Notes: generated by a model not told the origin, from the letters alone. A stretch of 31,307 nucleotides of DNA from an uncultured Spirochaetaceae bacterium (GCA_964570045.1 CAZMWZ010000010.1:1-31307), one strand, 5' to 3'; shown: positions 1 through 8,552, counted from the first letter of the stretch. Made by a program: numbers and translations.

Positions 1-98
1 GCCGTGCAGCTGAGCTGCAACCCCTACGTCGGCGCCCCCTACGTGCTGAACTTGGTGGCGGCGGTCGTGGTGGGGGCACGGCTCTCACCGGGGGGGGT
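1..98 (+). pseudogene. 3' fragment of a sugar ABC transporter permease (RbsC-like), frameshifted and truncated
   Basis: Frame 1 reads AVQLSCNPYVGAPYVLNLVAAVVVG. Adding one G in the G-run at 72-76 continues GTALTGG, matching the RbsC-family C-terminal motif (G..Y.L..IAAVV.GGT.L.GG). No hydrophobic tail follows because the AKR gene begins at 104. The 5' part lies outside the window. Confidence 0.45.
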
Positions 99-103
99 GA
101 GCT

Positions 104-1129
104 TTGGAATACCGTTATCTGGGCACGACCGGGCTTAAAATTTCCGCCATCTCCCTCGGCGCGCAGACGTTCGGCTGGAACACCGGCAAGGAGGAGGCCT
201 GGGCCATCCTCGACCGCTACCGCGAGAGCGGCGGCAACTACATCGACGTCGCCGACTCCTACAACGACGGGGAGTCGGAGCGGATCGTCGGCGCCTGGAT
301 GCAGGAGCGGGGCGCCCGCCGGGAGATGCTGGTTGGGACCAAGGTGTTTTTCCCGACGGGGGCCGGCCCGAACGACTCGGGCCTGAGCCGCCGGCACATC
401 CTCGACTCGGTCGACGAGAGCCTGAAACGGCTGCGCACGGACTGGATCGACCTGTACCAGCTCCACTGCTTCGACCGCATGACCCCCCTGGAGGACACCC
501 TGCGGACGCTGGACCGCCTTGTCGGCAGCGGCCGGGTGCGCTACGCCGGCACCTCGAACTTCACCCCTTCCCAACTGCAGAAGGGGCTGATGATCTGCCG
601 TCGGGATGGGCTGGTGGGCTTCTCGACGCTGCAGCTGGAGTACAGCCTGCTCGTGCGCAGCCCCGAGTGGGAGCTGCTCCCGCTGTGCCGGGAGGAGGGG
701 GTGGGCACGCTGGCCTGGTCGCCGCTGGCCGGCGGCTGGCTCACCGGCAAATACCACCGTGGGGCGGAGCTGCCTGCCGACAGCCGGGCAGGGCGTGGGG
801 ACCGCTGGGACGATGCGGCCGAACAGCGCGGCGGGGAGGGGACCTGGCGGATCGTCGAGGAGCTGGCCCGCATCGCCGGGGAGAGCGACCGGCGTCCCGC
901 GCAGGTGGCGCTCAACTGGCTGCTGCACAGGGGCGAGGTCAGCTGCCTCATCACCGGCGCCCGGACGGTGGGGCAGCTGCAGGAGAACCTGGGTTCACTC
1001 GGTTGGGCGCTATCAGCTGAGGAGCTTGAACGGCTGGACCGGGTGAGCGCCGTGGAGGAGCCGTACCCCTACAGCTTCATCAACCGTTATACGCGCCGGG
1101 CCGCGGCCCGAAAAAAGGAGCTATCATGA
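104..1129 (+). CDS. aldo/keto reductase (NADP-dependent, Tas/YajO-like)
   Basis: N-terminal YRYLGTTGLKISAISLG, catalytic D..Y (DVADSY), K (GTKV), DLYQLH, AWSPLAGGWLTGKY. TTG start. Confidence 0.93.
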   Translation: MEYRYLGTTGLKISAISLGAQTFGWNTGKEEAWAILDRYRESGGNYIDVADSYNDGESERIVGAWMQERGARREMLVGTKVFFPTGAGPNDSGLSRRHILDSVDESLKRLRTDWIDLYQLHCFDRMTPLEDTLRTLDRLVGSGRVRYAGTSNFTPSQLQKGLMICRRDGLVGFSTLQLEYSLLVRSPEWELLPLCREEGVGTLAWSPLAGGWLTGKYHRGAELPADSRAGRGDRWDDAAEQRGGEGTWRIVEELARIAGESDRRPAQVALNWLLHRGEVSCLITGARTVGQLQENLGSLGWALSAEELERLDRVSAVEEPYPYSFINRYTRRAAARKKELS

Positions 1130-1617
1130 CCACGATCCGCACGAGCGCATGGGATCCAGCCGGCGGCGAGTACGCCCGGCTGATCCTCCCATCCGGGTGC
1201 CCGAAACCGGAAGCCGGCGGGCAGGACTACAGCTACCATCAAGTGCTCGGCCCCCGGGAGCTGGGGGAAGCAGGCATCATGGCCGAGCTGATCTGCCGGA
1301 AGCGGCCCCTCGTCCTCGGCACGCTAGAAAGGCACCTCGCCACCCCCGAAGTCCTAGCCGCGCTGGACGGGGACGTGATCGTCTGCGCGGCAGCGCCGGG
1401 GGTCGACCCCGCCCGCTGCAGGCCCTCGGACATCCGCGCGCTCCCGCTGCGGCGGGGACAGGCCTTGTGGCTGGACAAGGGCGCCTGGCACTGGCTTCCC
1501 TTCCCGACCCGGACAGCGCAGGTCACCCTGCTGCTCATCTTCCGCGAGGGGACGGGCGACCGCGACATCGAGTTCCGGGAGCTAGCGCAGCCCGTCGGCA
1601 TCGAAGCCGCCGGCTGA
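1126..1617 (+). CDS. ureidoglycolate lyase-like cupin protein
   Basis: LERH and GAWH motifs of the AllA/ureidoglycolate lyase family. ATGA overlap with the AKR stop and AAGGAG SD. Confidence 0.7.
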   Translation: MTTIRTSAWDPAGGEYARLILPSGCPKPEAGGQDYSYHQVLGPRELGEAGIMAELICRKRPLVLGTLERHLATPEVLAALDGDVIVCAAAPGVDPARCRPSDIRALPLRRGQALWLDKGAWHWLPFPTRTAQVTLLLIFREGTGDRDIEFRELAQPVGIEAAG

Positions 1618-1708
1618 CGGAAGCGATTCGGCCGCGCTGATCGCGCCGCCAGGCCTCGCGCCGGCTCCGCTACTGCGGCAGCGAGGCGCTTCGGCATCCC
1701 TGCCTTGA

Positions 1709-1737
1709 TTGACCCGAAGGGATGCCGGCACTACACT
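1709..1737 (+). promoter_or_regulatory. sigma70-type promoter of nagA (TTGACC-N17-TACACT), leaderless geometry
   Basis: -35 at 1709-1714, -10 at 1732-1737, ATG 1744 six nt downstream, no SD. Confidence 0.65.
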
Positions 1738-1743
1738 CCCGGT

Positions 1744-2922
1744 ATGCCCGACCGCCTGCGCATCACCCGCTGCCGGATCCTCACCCCCTTCGTGGACTTC
1801 CCTGACGGCGAGGTGGTGTTCGAGGAGGACCGGATCAGCGGGGTGGGCCCGGCGGGGGAGGGAGAGGCGGCGGCCGCGACGACCCTCGACGCCGAGGGGC
1901 GGGTAGCCATCCCCGGCCTGATCGACGTGCACCTGCAGGGCGCCGGCGGCTGCGACGTGCTGGACGGCACGCCGCAGGCCATGGACACCATCGCCCGCAC
2001 CTGCGCCGGGCACGGGGTCACCGGCTTCCTGGCGACCACCGTGTACCGGCCGGGGGGCGACAACCGCCACCTGCCGGTCGCCGCCGCGGCCTGCCGACCG
2101 GAGCGGCAGCCCCCGGATGGTGCGGACTGCCTGGGCATCCATCTGGAGGGCCCGTTCATCGCCCCCGAAAAGCGGGGTATGATCCAACCGGATTGCCTGG
2201 GCCCGGTGCGGGAGGAGGCGCTGACCGAGCTCCTGCGCCTGTGCGGCGGGGCGCTGCGCATGATGACCCTCGCCCCGGAGCTTCCCGGCGCCCTGGAGAT
2301 GGTCCGCCGCCTGGCGGCGCAGCGCGTCGTGGCCTCCTTCGGGCATTCCGCGGCGAATTATGTGCAGACCGTGGCGGGCCTGAAGGCGGGCATCCGCCAC
2401 GCCACGCATCTCTGGAACGCCATGTCCCCCCTGCACCACCGGGAGCCGGGTCCCGTGCCCGCGCTGCTGGAGCGCCGCGACGTCACGCTGCAGGTCATCC
2501 CCGACGGCGTGCACCTGCACCCTGCCATCCTGCGCCTGCTGGCCGGGCTTCTGGGCCCGGAGCGGGTCGTGCTGATCACCGACGGCCTGCAGGCCCTGGG
2601 ACTGGAAGACGGCCGCTATACCTACAACCGCCAGCCCATCGTGGTGAGCGGCGGCACGGCGCGCTCCCTGGACGGGACGCTGGTCGGCACCACCCTCAGC
2701 ATGAACCGGCTCATCCAGCGCTACCAGGGCTTCACCGGCTGCGCGCTGGCCGCGGCGGTGCGGGCCGCCTCCTTCAACCCGGCCTGCGTGCTGGGCATCC
2801 AGAAGCGCACGGGCAGCCTGGAGAGCGGCAAGAGCGCGGACCTGGCGCTGCTCAACCCCGATTTCACGGTCTGGAAGACCTGGAAGAAGGGGCGCCTGAT
2901 CTACGAGCAGCCCGCGGCGTGA
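1744..2922 (+). CDS. nagA: N-acetylglucosamine-6-phosphate deacetylase family amidohydrolase
   Basis: PGLIDVHLQG, HLEGPF, GHS, THLWNAM, LITDG, G..GS motifs. Start placed at ATG 1744 (MPDRLRIT) from the promoter geometry rather than TTG 1705. Confidence 0.88.
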   Translation: MPDRLRITRCRILTPFVDFPDGEVVFEEDRISGVGPAGEGEAAAATTLDAEGRVAIPGLIDVHLQGAGGCDVLDGTPQAMDTIARTCAGHGVTGFLATTVYRPGGDNRHLPVAAAACRPERQPPDGADCLGIHLEGPFIAPEKRGMIQPDCLGPVREEALTELLRLCGGALRMMTLAPELPGALEMVRRLAAQRVVASFGHSAANYVQTVAGLKAGIRHATHLWNAMSPLHHREPGPVPALLERRDVTLQVIPDGVHLHPAILRLLAGLLGPERVVLITDGLQALGLEDGRYTYNRQPIVVSGGTARSLDGTLVGTTLSMNRLIQRYQGFTGCALAAAVRAASFNPACVLGIQKRTGSLESGKSADLALLNPDFTVWKTWKKGRLIYEQPAA

Positions 2923-3944
2923 AACCCCTGCTGCTGGCCGGCGGCCTGCCCCTGCGGGGCGAGCGCCCGACCTCCTTCCAGCGGCAGCTCCTGCTGCTGG
3001 CCGGGGCTTGGCGGGCTGCGGGGCGAGAGGTGGAGGTCAGCGGCCCGCAGACCTCCGGCCTGCGGCGGGTGGCAGCCGGCATCCTGCTGGGCTACCCGGA
3101 CCAGTTCCCCGCCCTGGCCGACCCGCCGCCGGGCGTCCCGCTGTACCTGTGGGCCCAGTGCTCCCGCCCGCCGGATCCGCGCGGCTTCGCCTCGGTCACG
3201 GCGGTGCCCCTCACTCCCGCCACCGCGGGCTTCCTGCAGCGGGCCGGGGTGGGGCGCATCGGGCCGGTCATCCCCCACGCGGTGGACACGGACTTCTTCC
3301 GCCCGCCCACCGGCGGGCAGCGCGCGCGGGCCCGACGGGCGCTTGGCGTGGGGGAGCGCTTCGCGGTGGGGGCGGTGGGGGCGCACACCTATCGCAAGCG
3401 CTTCGACCTTCTACTGCGGGCGTTCGCGCTCTTCCGGGTGAGCTGCCCGGACTCGGTGCTGGTCCTGCACAGCGACAGGGGGGTCAGCGCCGAGGGGGCC
3501 GACCTGGCGGGCCTGGCCGGGGCGCTGGGCCTGGGGGTCGGCCTGCTGCTCTCCAGCCGGGAGCTTTCCGCCTCCGGCCTGCGGGAGCTGTACCGGGCGC
3601 TGGACGTGTTCGTGAACCTCTCCGAGTGGGAAGGCTTCGGCCTGCCGGCCGCCGAGGCCATGGCCTGCGGCCTGCCGCTGGTCACCCACGGCGCGCAGGG
3701 TCCCGCGGAGCTCGTCCCCTACCGGGAGCTCGCGGCCGCGGACAGCACAGTCCGAGAGGAGGGCGGCAGCCTGTTGCTGGAGGCGCGCCCCGAGACCGCG
3801 GCCGCTTTGCTCCTGCGCGCCGCCCGGGAGCCGGAGCTGCGCCGGAGGCTGGGGGAGGAAGGAAGGGCGGCCGTGGAGCGGGCGTGCGCCGTGCCGCGCA
3901 TAATCAGGAGCTGGGAAAAGCTGCTTACAGAATGTACGGGATGA
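2919..3944 (+). CDS. glycosyltransferase family 4 (GT-B, retaining)
   Basis: IPHAVDTDFF, RKRFDLLLRAF, EGFGLPAAEAMACGLP. GTGA overlap with the nagA stop. This is the 3' part of ORF 2193..3944. Confidence 0.85.
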   Translation: MKPLLLAGGLPLRGERPTSFQRQLLLLAGAWRAAGREVEVSGPQTSGLRRVAAGILLGYPDQFPALADPPPGVPLYLWAQCSRPPDPRGFASVTAVPLTPATAGFLQRAGVGRIGPVIPHAVDTDFFRPPTGGQRARARRALGVGERFAVGAVGAHTYRKRFDLLLRAFALFRVSCPDSVLVLHSDRGVSAEGADLAGLAGALGLGVGLLLSSRELSASGLRELYRALDVFVNLSEWEGFGLPAAEAMACGLPLVTHGAQGPAELVPYRELAAADSTVREEGGSLLLEARPETAAALLLRAAREPELRRRLGEEGRAAVERACAVPRIIRSWEKLLTECTG

Positions 3945-4686
3945 TCGCCTTGCGGCGCGCAGGGTAGTCGGGGAACGTGCGGCGGTACCACTCGTGGTGG
4001 GCGCGGGCGCGGGGGACCAGGTTGGCGGCCGTCCACAGGGCGAAAGTGAGCCCGGCCAGTGACCAGGTCAGCACCGCCCAGCCGACCCATTCCAGGATCT
4101 CCCCGAAATAGTTGGCGCAGGAGACCAGCTCGAACATTCCGCCGCGGGGAATCTTATACCCCGAATCTTCCCCCTCCCGCAGCCGGCGGAGGATGCCGTC
4201 GGAGCGGAGATTGATGAGCATGCCGGTGAAAAAAACGGCAGCCCCGAACAGGAAGCGCGGGTCTACCAGCCAGGAGGCGGAATAGCGGTCCCCGAACGCG
4301 GCGAGGTACCGTCCGTTCAGGTAGCCGTTGACCAGGTTGAACAGGGCGGCCAGGGCCACCAGGGAAAAGGGCATCGGCCGAGTGCCGTTTCTCATGCGCA
4401 GGGGGTACAGGAAGGCGCGGTTCACGTAGTGCCCCACCCACAGCAGCACGAACAGGAGGGTCGTGGGGTTGAACGCCTCCAGCCCCGCGAAGTACGACAG
4501 GCACAGGAACAGCGGCGAGGCGGTCTCCATGACCACCCAACCCACGCGGGCCTCGATGAGCGGCCCCCAGCCGCAGCGCGTGTGGCGGCCGTACGGCGCG
4601 GTGATGAAGAACAGGGCGAGGAAGGTGAGGGCCCCGACCCCGATCCAACCCCACTGCAGCCAGTGGAAGAAGTCAAAACCCCCCAT
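3925..4686 (-). CDS. steroid 5-alpha-reductase family membrane protein (SRD5A/DET2/TECR-like)
   Basis: APYGRH, WVVME, HYVNRAFLYP, NGYLN, NYFGEILEWVGWA, LVPRARAHHEWY; multiple hydrophobic segments. Start at ATG 4686 (MGGFDF). Confidence 0.88.
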   Translation of the reverse strand: MGGFDFFHWLQWGWIGVGALTFLALFFITAPYGRHTRCGWGPLIEARVGWVVMETASPLFLCLSYFAGLEAFNPTTLLFVLLWVGHYVNRAFLYPLRMRNGTRPMPFSLVALAALFNLVNGYLNGRYLAAFGDRYSASWLVDPRFLFGAAVFFTGMLINLRSDGILRRLREGEDSGYKIPRGGMFELVSCANYFGEILEWVGWAVLTWSLAGLTFALWTAANLVPRARAHHEWYRRTFPDYPARRKAIIPYIL

Positions 4687-4696
4687 ACCTGGCGGC

Positions 4697-4726
4697 AATG
4701 TACCGCATGGCTGCCTCGGCTGGCAA
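4697..4726 (-). promoter_or_regulatory. sigma70-type promoter of the 5-alpha-reductase homolog (TTGCCA-N18-TACATT)
   Basis: -10 lies 10 nt upstream of ATG 4686; divergent from the DAG-kinase promoter. Confidence 0.45.
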
Positions 4727-4778
4727 GGTGTCCCGCACAGTTCTGTATGTCGCCCCGCAACCCGCCGTTCCCGCAAAC

Positions 4779-4807
4779 TTGCCTTCCGGGCGAAAACAGG
4801 CTACTGT
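4779..4807 (+). promoter_or_regulatory. sigma70-type promoter of the DAG-kinase gene (TTGCCT-N17-TACTGT)
   Basis: -35 at 4779-4784, -10 at 4802-4807, ATG 4816 eight nt downstream. Confidence 0.55.
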
Positions 4808-4815
4808 AGGGTCCC

Positions 4816-5745
4816 ATGTCCGAACGCCACCTGGTCATCCTCAACCCCGCCGCCGGCCGCTGGGCCGCGGGCCGGCGCGCTGCCGAGATCCAGCGGCTGC
4901 TCGCCGCCCACGGGATCCGCTATGAGCTGGTGCGCACCGAACGTCCGCTGCACGCCGTCGAGCTGGCCGCCGCCGCCGAGGGCTATGATGTGGTCGTAGC
5001 CGCGGGGGGGGACGGCACGGGCAACGAGGTGCTAAACGGCCTGCTGGCCGCGGGGGAGCGCGGCCGCAGGGTCCCGGCCCTGGGCCTGCTGTGCGTGGGC
5101 CGGGGCAACGACTTCGCCTTCGGGGCGGGCGTGCCTGCGAGCCTGGAAGAGGGCTGCGCGGTGCTGGCCCGAGGCTACCGCCGGCCCATGGACGTCGGCC
5201 GGGTGACGGGGCCGCAGCTTCCGGGGGGCCGCTACTTCGGCAATGGGATCGGGGTCGGCTTCGACACCATCGTGACCCTGGAAGCCGGCAAGATGAAGCG
5301 GGTGCACGGTTTCCTGGGCTACGTGGCCGGCGCCCTGAAGACCATGTTTCTGTACTACCGGGCCCCGCGCGTGTCCATCACCTGGGGAGGGACCAGGGTG
5401 GAGCAGAAATCGCTCCAGATCTCGGCCATGAACGGCACGAGGATGGGCGGCACCTTCTTCATGACTCCGGAGTCCCGCAACGATGATGGGGAGCTGGACT
5501 TGTGCATCGCCGGGGAGCCGCGGCGTCTGGCCATGCTGGGGATCATCCTCCGCTACATGCGGGGCACCCAGGCCGCCAGCCGGCACATCACCATGGGCCG
5601 CGCGCCGCGGGTGGAAATCCGCGCCCTGGACGGCGGGGAGCTGGCGGTGCACGCCGACGGGGAGGTGCTCGGCACCAGCCTTAGCGAGCTTTCAGTGGAG
5701 TGCCTGCCTCACCAAATCCAGGTGGTCACCCGGGTTCCGGCATGA
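4816..5745 (+). CDS. diacylglycerol/lipid kinase family protein (YegS/DgkB-like)
   Basis: ILNPAAG, AAGGDGTGNEVLNG, GRGNDFA, GIGVGFD, HADGE motifs. Confidence 0.92.
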   Translation: MSERHLVILNPAAGRWAAGRRAAEIQRLLAAHGIRYELVRTERPLHAVELAAAAEGYDVVVAAGGDGTGNEVLNGLLAAGERGRRVPALGLLCVGRGNDFAFGAGVPASLEEGCAVLARGYRRPMDVGRVTGPQLPGGRYFGNGIGVGFDTIVTLEAGKMKRVHGFLGYVAGALKTMFLYYRAPRVSITWGGTRVEQKSLQISAMNGTRMGGTFFMTPESRNDDGELDLCIAGEPRRLAMLGIILRYMRGTQAASRHITMGRAPRVEIRALDGGELAVHADGEVLGTSLSELSVECLPHQIQVVTRVPA

Positions 5746-6380
5746 TCCACGTTTTCGACGTGGATTACACGCTGCTGCGGGGGTCCTCGGCGCGCCATTT
5801 CTTGCTCGCCGGGATACGGCGCCGGCTGTTCCCCCTGGCTAGCCTGCTGTTCATGCCCCGCCTCTACCTGCGCTTCTGGCTGGGGCGGTTGGAGGCCGAC
5901 TCGCCCGTGTGGGAGTTCCCGCTGCTGCGCGGACTGCCCCGGCGCAGGCTGGAGGAGCTGGCCGAGGAGAGCTTTGCGGCGATGCGGCGCGACCTGCGCC
6001 CTCAAGCGGTGGCGCTGCTGGGCCGGCTGCAGGCCGAAGGCCGCCTCGTGGCCTTCGCTACCACCTCCCTGGACCTGATCGTCGCGCCACTGGCGCGTCA
6101 CCTGGGGGTCGTGGAAGTGGTGGCCAGCCGGCTGGAGTTCGCGGATGGGGTGGCCACGGGCCGTTTCGAGGGGCTGCCGTTGCTGAAGGAGGAGAAGAAG
6201 CGCAGGGTCCTGGAGTTCCTGCGCGCGCGGGGGGCCGGCCCCGAGACCTGCTCCTTTTACACCGACAGCATCCTCGACCTGCCGCTGTTGGAAGCGGTGG
6301 GCGGGCCGGTGGCCGTGAACCCGGACGCGCTGCTGGCGCGCACGGCCCGCAAACGGGGCTGGAGAATCTTGCGGTTCTAG
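5742..6380 (+). CDS. HAD-IB family hydrolase (SerB-like)
   Basis: DVDYTL (DxDxT), YTDSILDLPLLEAVGGPVAVNPD. ATGA overlap with the DAG-kinase stop; start 5742. Confidence 0.9.
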   Translation: MIHVFDVDYTLLRGSSARHFLLAGIRRRLFPLASLLFMPRLYLRFWLGRLEADSPVWEFPLLRGLPRRRLEELAEESFAAMRRDLRPQAVALLGRLQAEGRLVAFATTSLDLIVAPLARHLGVVEVVASRLEFADGVATGRFEGLPLLKEEKKRRVLEFLRARGAGPETCSFYTDSILDLPLLEAVGGPVAVNPDALLARTARKRGWRILRF

Positions 6381-6398
6381 GTCTATTATCTATACCGT

Positions 6399-7874
6399 AT
6401 GCTTTCCACCGCCCCGGAGCTCAAGCTGTTCTGTCACCTCAGCGAGAAGATGGCGGGGCGGGAAATCCGTACCTTCTCGGGGCTAGTGGAATACGTGCGC
6501 GCCCTGAACCCGGGCTTCGACTCAGGCCCGACGCTCCTGCAGTCCTTCCAGCTGCTCAAGGAGATGAACTGGGGCTTCCTGCGCGAGTTGAGCCGCTCGG
6601 AGTACCCCAAGCTCTGGAAAGAGCTGGTGCTGCCGCACCCGGACTTCCCCTCGGCGGGGGACCTGAAGCGCAACATCTCCATCGCCAACATCTACATCGC
6701 CATGCTGGACATCCACGGCTACACCCGCTTCTGCCAGGACAGCAAGTCCAACCTGTCGCGCCTGCGCAAGCTGGACGAGTTCCTGCACGAGGGCATCCGC
6801 AAGATCGCCCGCACCAACGCCTGCCTGGCCAACCGGGAGCGGGGCGATGAGATCGTGGTGTTGGCCGCAGGGGCGACCGATTTATTGAAGACAGCGCTAG
6901 AGATCATCAACACCTTCTCCAAGAAAGCGGTGATCAAGGACCAGGCCGTGGGGCGCAACCGCAGCGACTACAGCATCGTGCTGCCGGAGTTCAAGGTGAC
7001 CGTGGGGGCGGCCGGCGGGAACCTGACTACCCCTCTGATCATCACCGAGAGCGGCCTGGTATCCGGGTTCCTGCTCAACACCGCGGCCAGGCTGCAGAAC
7101 CTGGCCAACGAGCTTTCGCCCCGGGAGTCCAAGGTGATGGTCAGTGGCGCGGTGTACGGCAGCTACCTGAAGGAGAATAAGATCGTCAAGAGCGACCTGT
7201 ACTCCAAGAACCTGGTCCAGCTCTTCAACATCGGCCCGGTCAGCTTCAAGGGCACGAAGGTCAACTGCTTCGAAGTGATCTACGCCGCCGGCGAGAAGTA
7301 CCGCATGGGATACGTGGAGTCGCTGGAGCGGCTGTTCGAGTCCATCCGCCAGGAGCTGTGGAAGGGACGGGTGCTGGAGGACCTGCTGGAGGTGGTGGTG
7401 CAGGTCGGGGCCAAATCCCCTCCCATCAGCATCCCGGCCAACGGATCCGGGCGCGCAGTGACCACCGCCTCGCTCATCCAGCTCTGCCAGCGGATCGGGA
7501 AGCTGTACCGGCAGGAGGACTTCCTGGCCGCCGTGAGCGCGCTGGGCGACCTGCGGGGTGAGCTGGAAAGGGTGCCGGAATTCGACCGGCTGGTCGTCAA
7601 GTACGTGGCCGAAGTCCACGGGAAGTACGCCCTGGTGGCCGAGGAGTACCGCAAGCGGCTGGAGAGCGAGATCAGGCAGAAGGTGGACGTGATCTTCCCG
7701 CCCCAGTACAAGCAGGCCTACCAGAGCTCCCAGAAGTACTTCGACACCTACGAGAAGCTCAAGGACTACGCCATGCGCAGCAAGCAGATCGCCAACCGTA
7801 AAGGCAGCTGGAACGCACTCATGGAGGAGAAGAAGGAAGCCCTGACGCTGGAGATCTACGTCGGCAAGCAGTAG
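6399..7874 (+). CDS. class III nucleotide cyclase-domain protein with unknown N- and C-terminal regions
   Basis: AMLDIHGYTRF (first metal Asp), RERGDEI (second metal Asp), LLNTAARLQ (transition-state N/R). Confidence 0.75.
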   Translation: MLSTAPELKLFCHLSEKMAGREIRTFSGLVEYVRALNPGFDSGPTLLQSFQLLKEMNWGFLRELSRSEYPKLWKELVLPHPDFPSAGDLKRNISIANIYIAMLDIHGYTRFCQDSKSNLSRLRKLDEFLHEGIRKIARTNACLANRERGDEIVVLAAGATDLLKTALEIINTFSKKAVIKDQAVGRNRSDYSIVLPEFKVTVGAAGGNLTTPLIITESGLVSGFLLNTAARLQNLANELSPRESKVMVSGAVYGSYLKENKIVKSDLYSKNLVQLFNIGPVSFKGTKVNCFEVIYAAGEKYRMGYVESLERLFESIRQELWKGRVLEDLLEVVVQVGAKSPPISIPANGSGRAVTTASLIQLCQRIGKLYRQEDFLAAVSALGDLRGELERVPEFDRLVVKYVAEVHGKYALVAEEYRKRLESEIRQKVDVIFPPQYKQAYQSSQKYFDTYEKLKDYAMRSKQIANRKGSWNALMEEKKEALTLEIYVGKQ

Positions 7875-8544
7875 CCTCGCCGAGGATGAACTCCCGGAAT
7901 GACCCAACCGACTCGAAGTAAGCCAGGCAGCTGGACTCCATGTACTCCCGGATCTGCGGGATGCGGTGCGCCCAGCCCGCCCCGGCCACGGCCACCCCCG
8001 CAGCCCGGGCCATGAGCACGCCGGGCTTCAGGTCGTCCAAAATCAACACCTGTTCGGCGGGCTGCGCAAGCCGTCGCAAGGTCTCCCGCACCGGCCAGGG
8101 GTTGGGCTTGCGTTTGGCTTCGTCGGTTTCCCAACCGAACACCAGGTCCGGCAGCAGGGGCTCGTGGCCGGCGTCCCGGTAGTGTTTCAATATCACGTCC
8201 GGCTCGGAGTGGGAAATCACCGCGATCTTCCCGCCCAGGCGGCGGTACTCGCGCAAGGTCTCCAGGATGCCGGGGAAGAAGGAGGGGGTGTGGCGGGTGG
8301 TGAAGGAGCGCCAGATTTCGTACTCCGTCGCCAGCTCCTGCGGGTCCAGGCCCAGCTCCTTCTCCAGATACGGCATGACCCCGGGGTGGAAGTTCTTCAG
8401 GAACCAGCCTTCCAGGTCCACGGGCTGGAGCCCCGGGCGCAGCACCCGCATGGCTTCCACATGCGCGGGGTAATGCACCGTGGCCGTGCTGTCGACGGCG
8501 GTGTCGTCGTGGTCCAGGATCAGGCAGGCGTAGCGCAGGCTCAT
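7819..8544 (-). CDS. HAD-IA family phosphatase
   Basis: LDHDDTAVDS, ISHS, KRKPNP, DDLKPG motifs. Start 8544 is favoured over 8550 by promoter spacing. The 3' end overlaps the convergent cyclase by 56 nt. Confidence 0.85.
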   Translation of the reverse strand: MSLRYACLILDHDDTAVDSTATVHYPAHVEAMRVLRPGLQPVDLEGWFLKNFHPGVMPYLEKELGLDPQELATEYEIWRSFTTRHTPSFFPGILETLREYRRLGGKIAVISHSEPDVILKHYRDAGHEPLLPDLVFGWETDEAKRKPNPWPVRETLRRLAQPAEQVLILDDLKPGVLMARAAGVAVAGAGWAHRIPQIREYMESSCLAYFESVGSFREFILGEATACRRRSPASGLPSSPP

Positions 8545-8552
8545 GGACATCG

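Noticed and set aside
1618-1730. GC-rich inverted repeats after the cupin gene (GCCTCGC/GCGAGGC; GGCATCCC/GGGATGCC) as terminator, REP or ncRNA
   Set aside because: No U-tract, no second copy found in the window, and short stems are expected by chance at this GC content.
2193-2918. N-terminal 242 codons of the 583-aa ORF 2193..3944
   Set aside because: Pro/Arg/Gly-rich off-frame read-through overlapping nagA; the real GT4 starts at GTG 2919.
6399-7874. Calling the cyclase a Pycsar/CBASS anti-phage system
   Set aside because: No adjacent TIR or transmembrane effector, and the neighbours are housekeeping-type genes.
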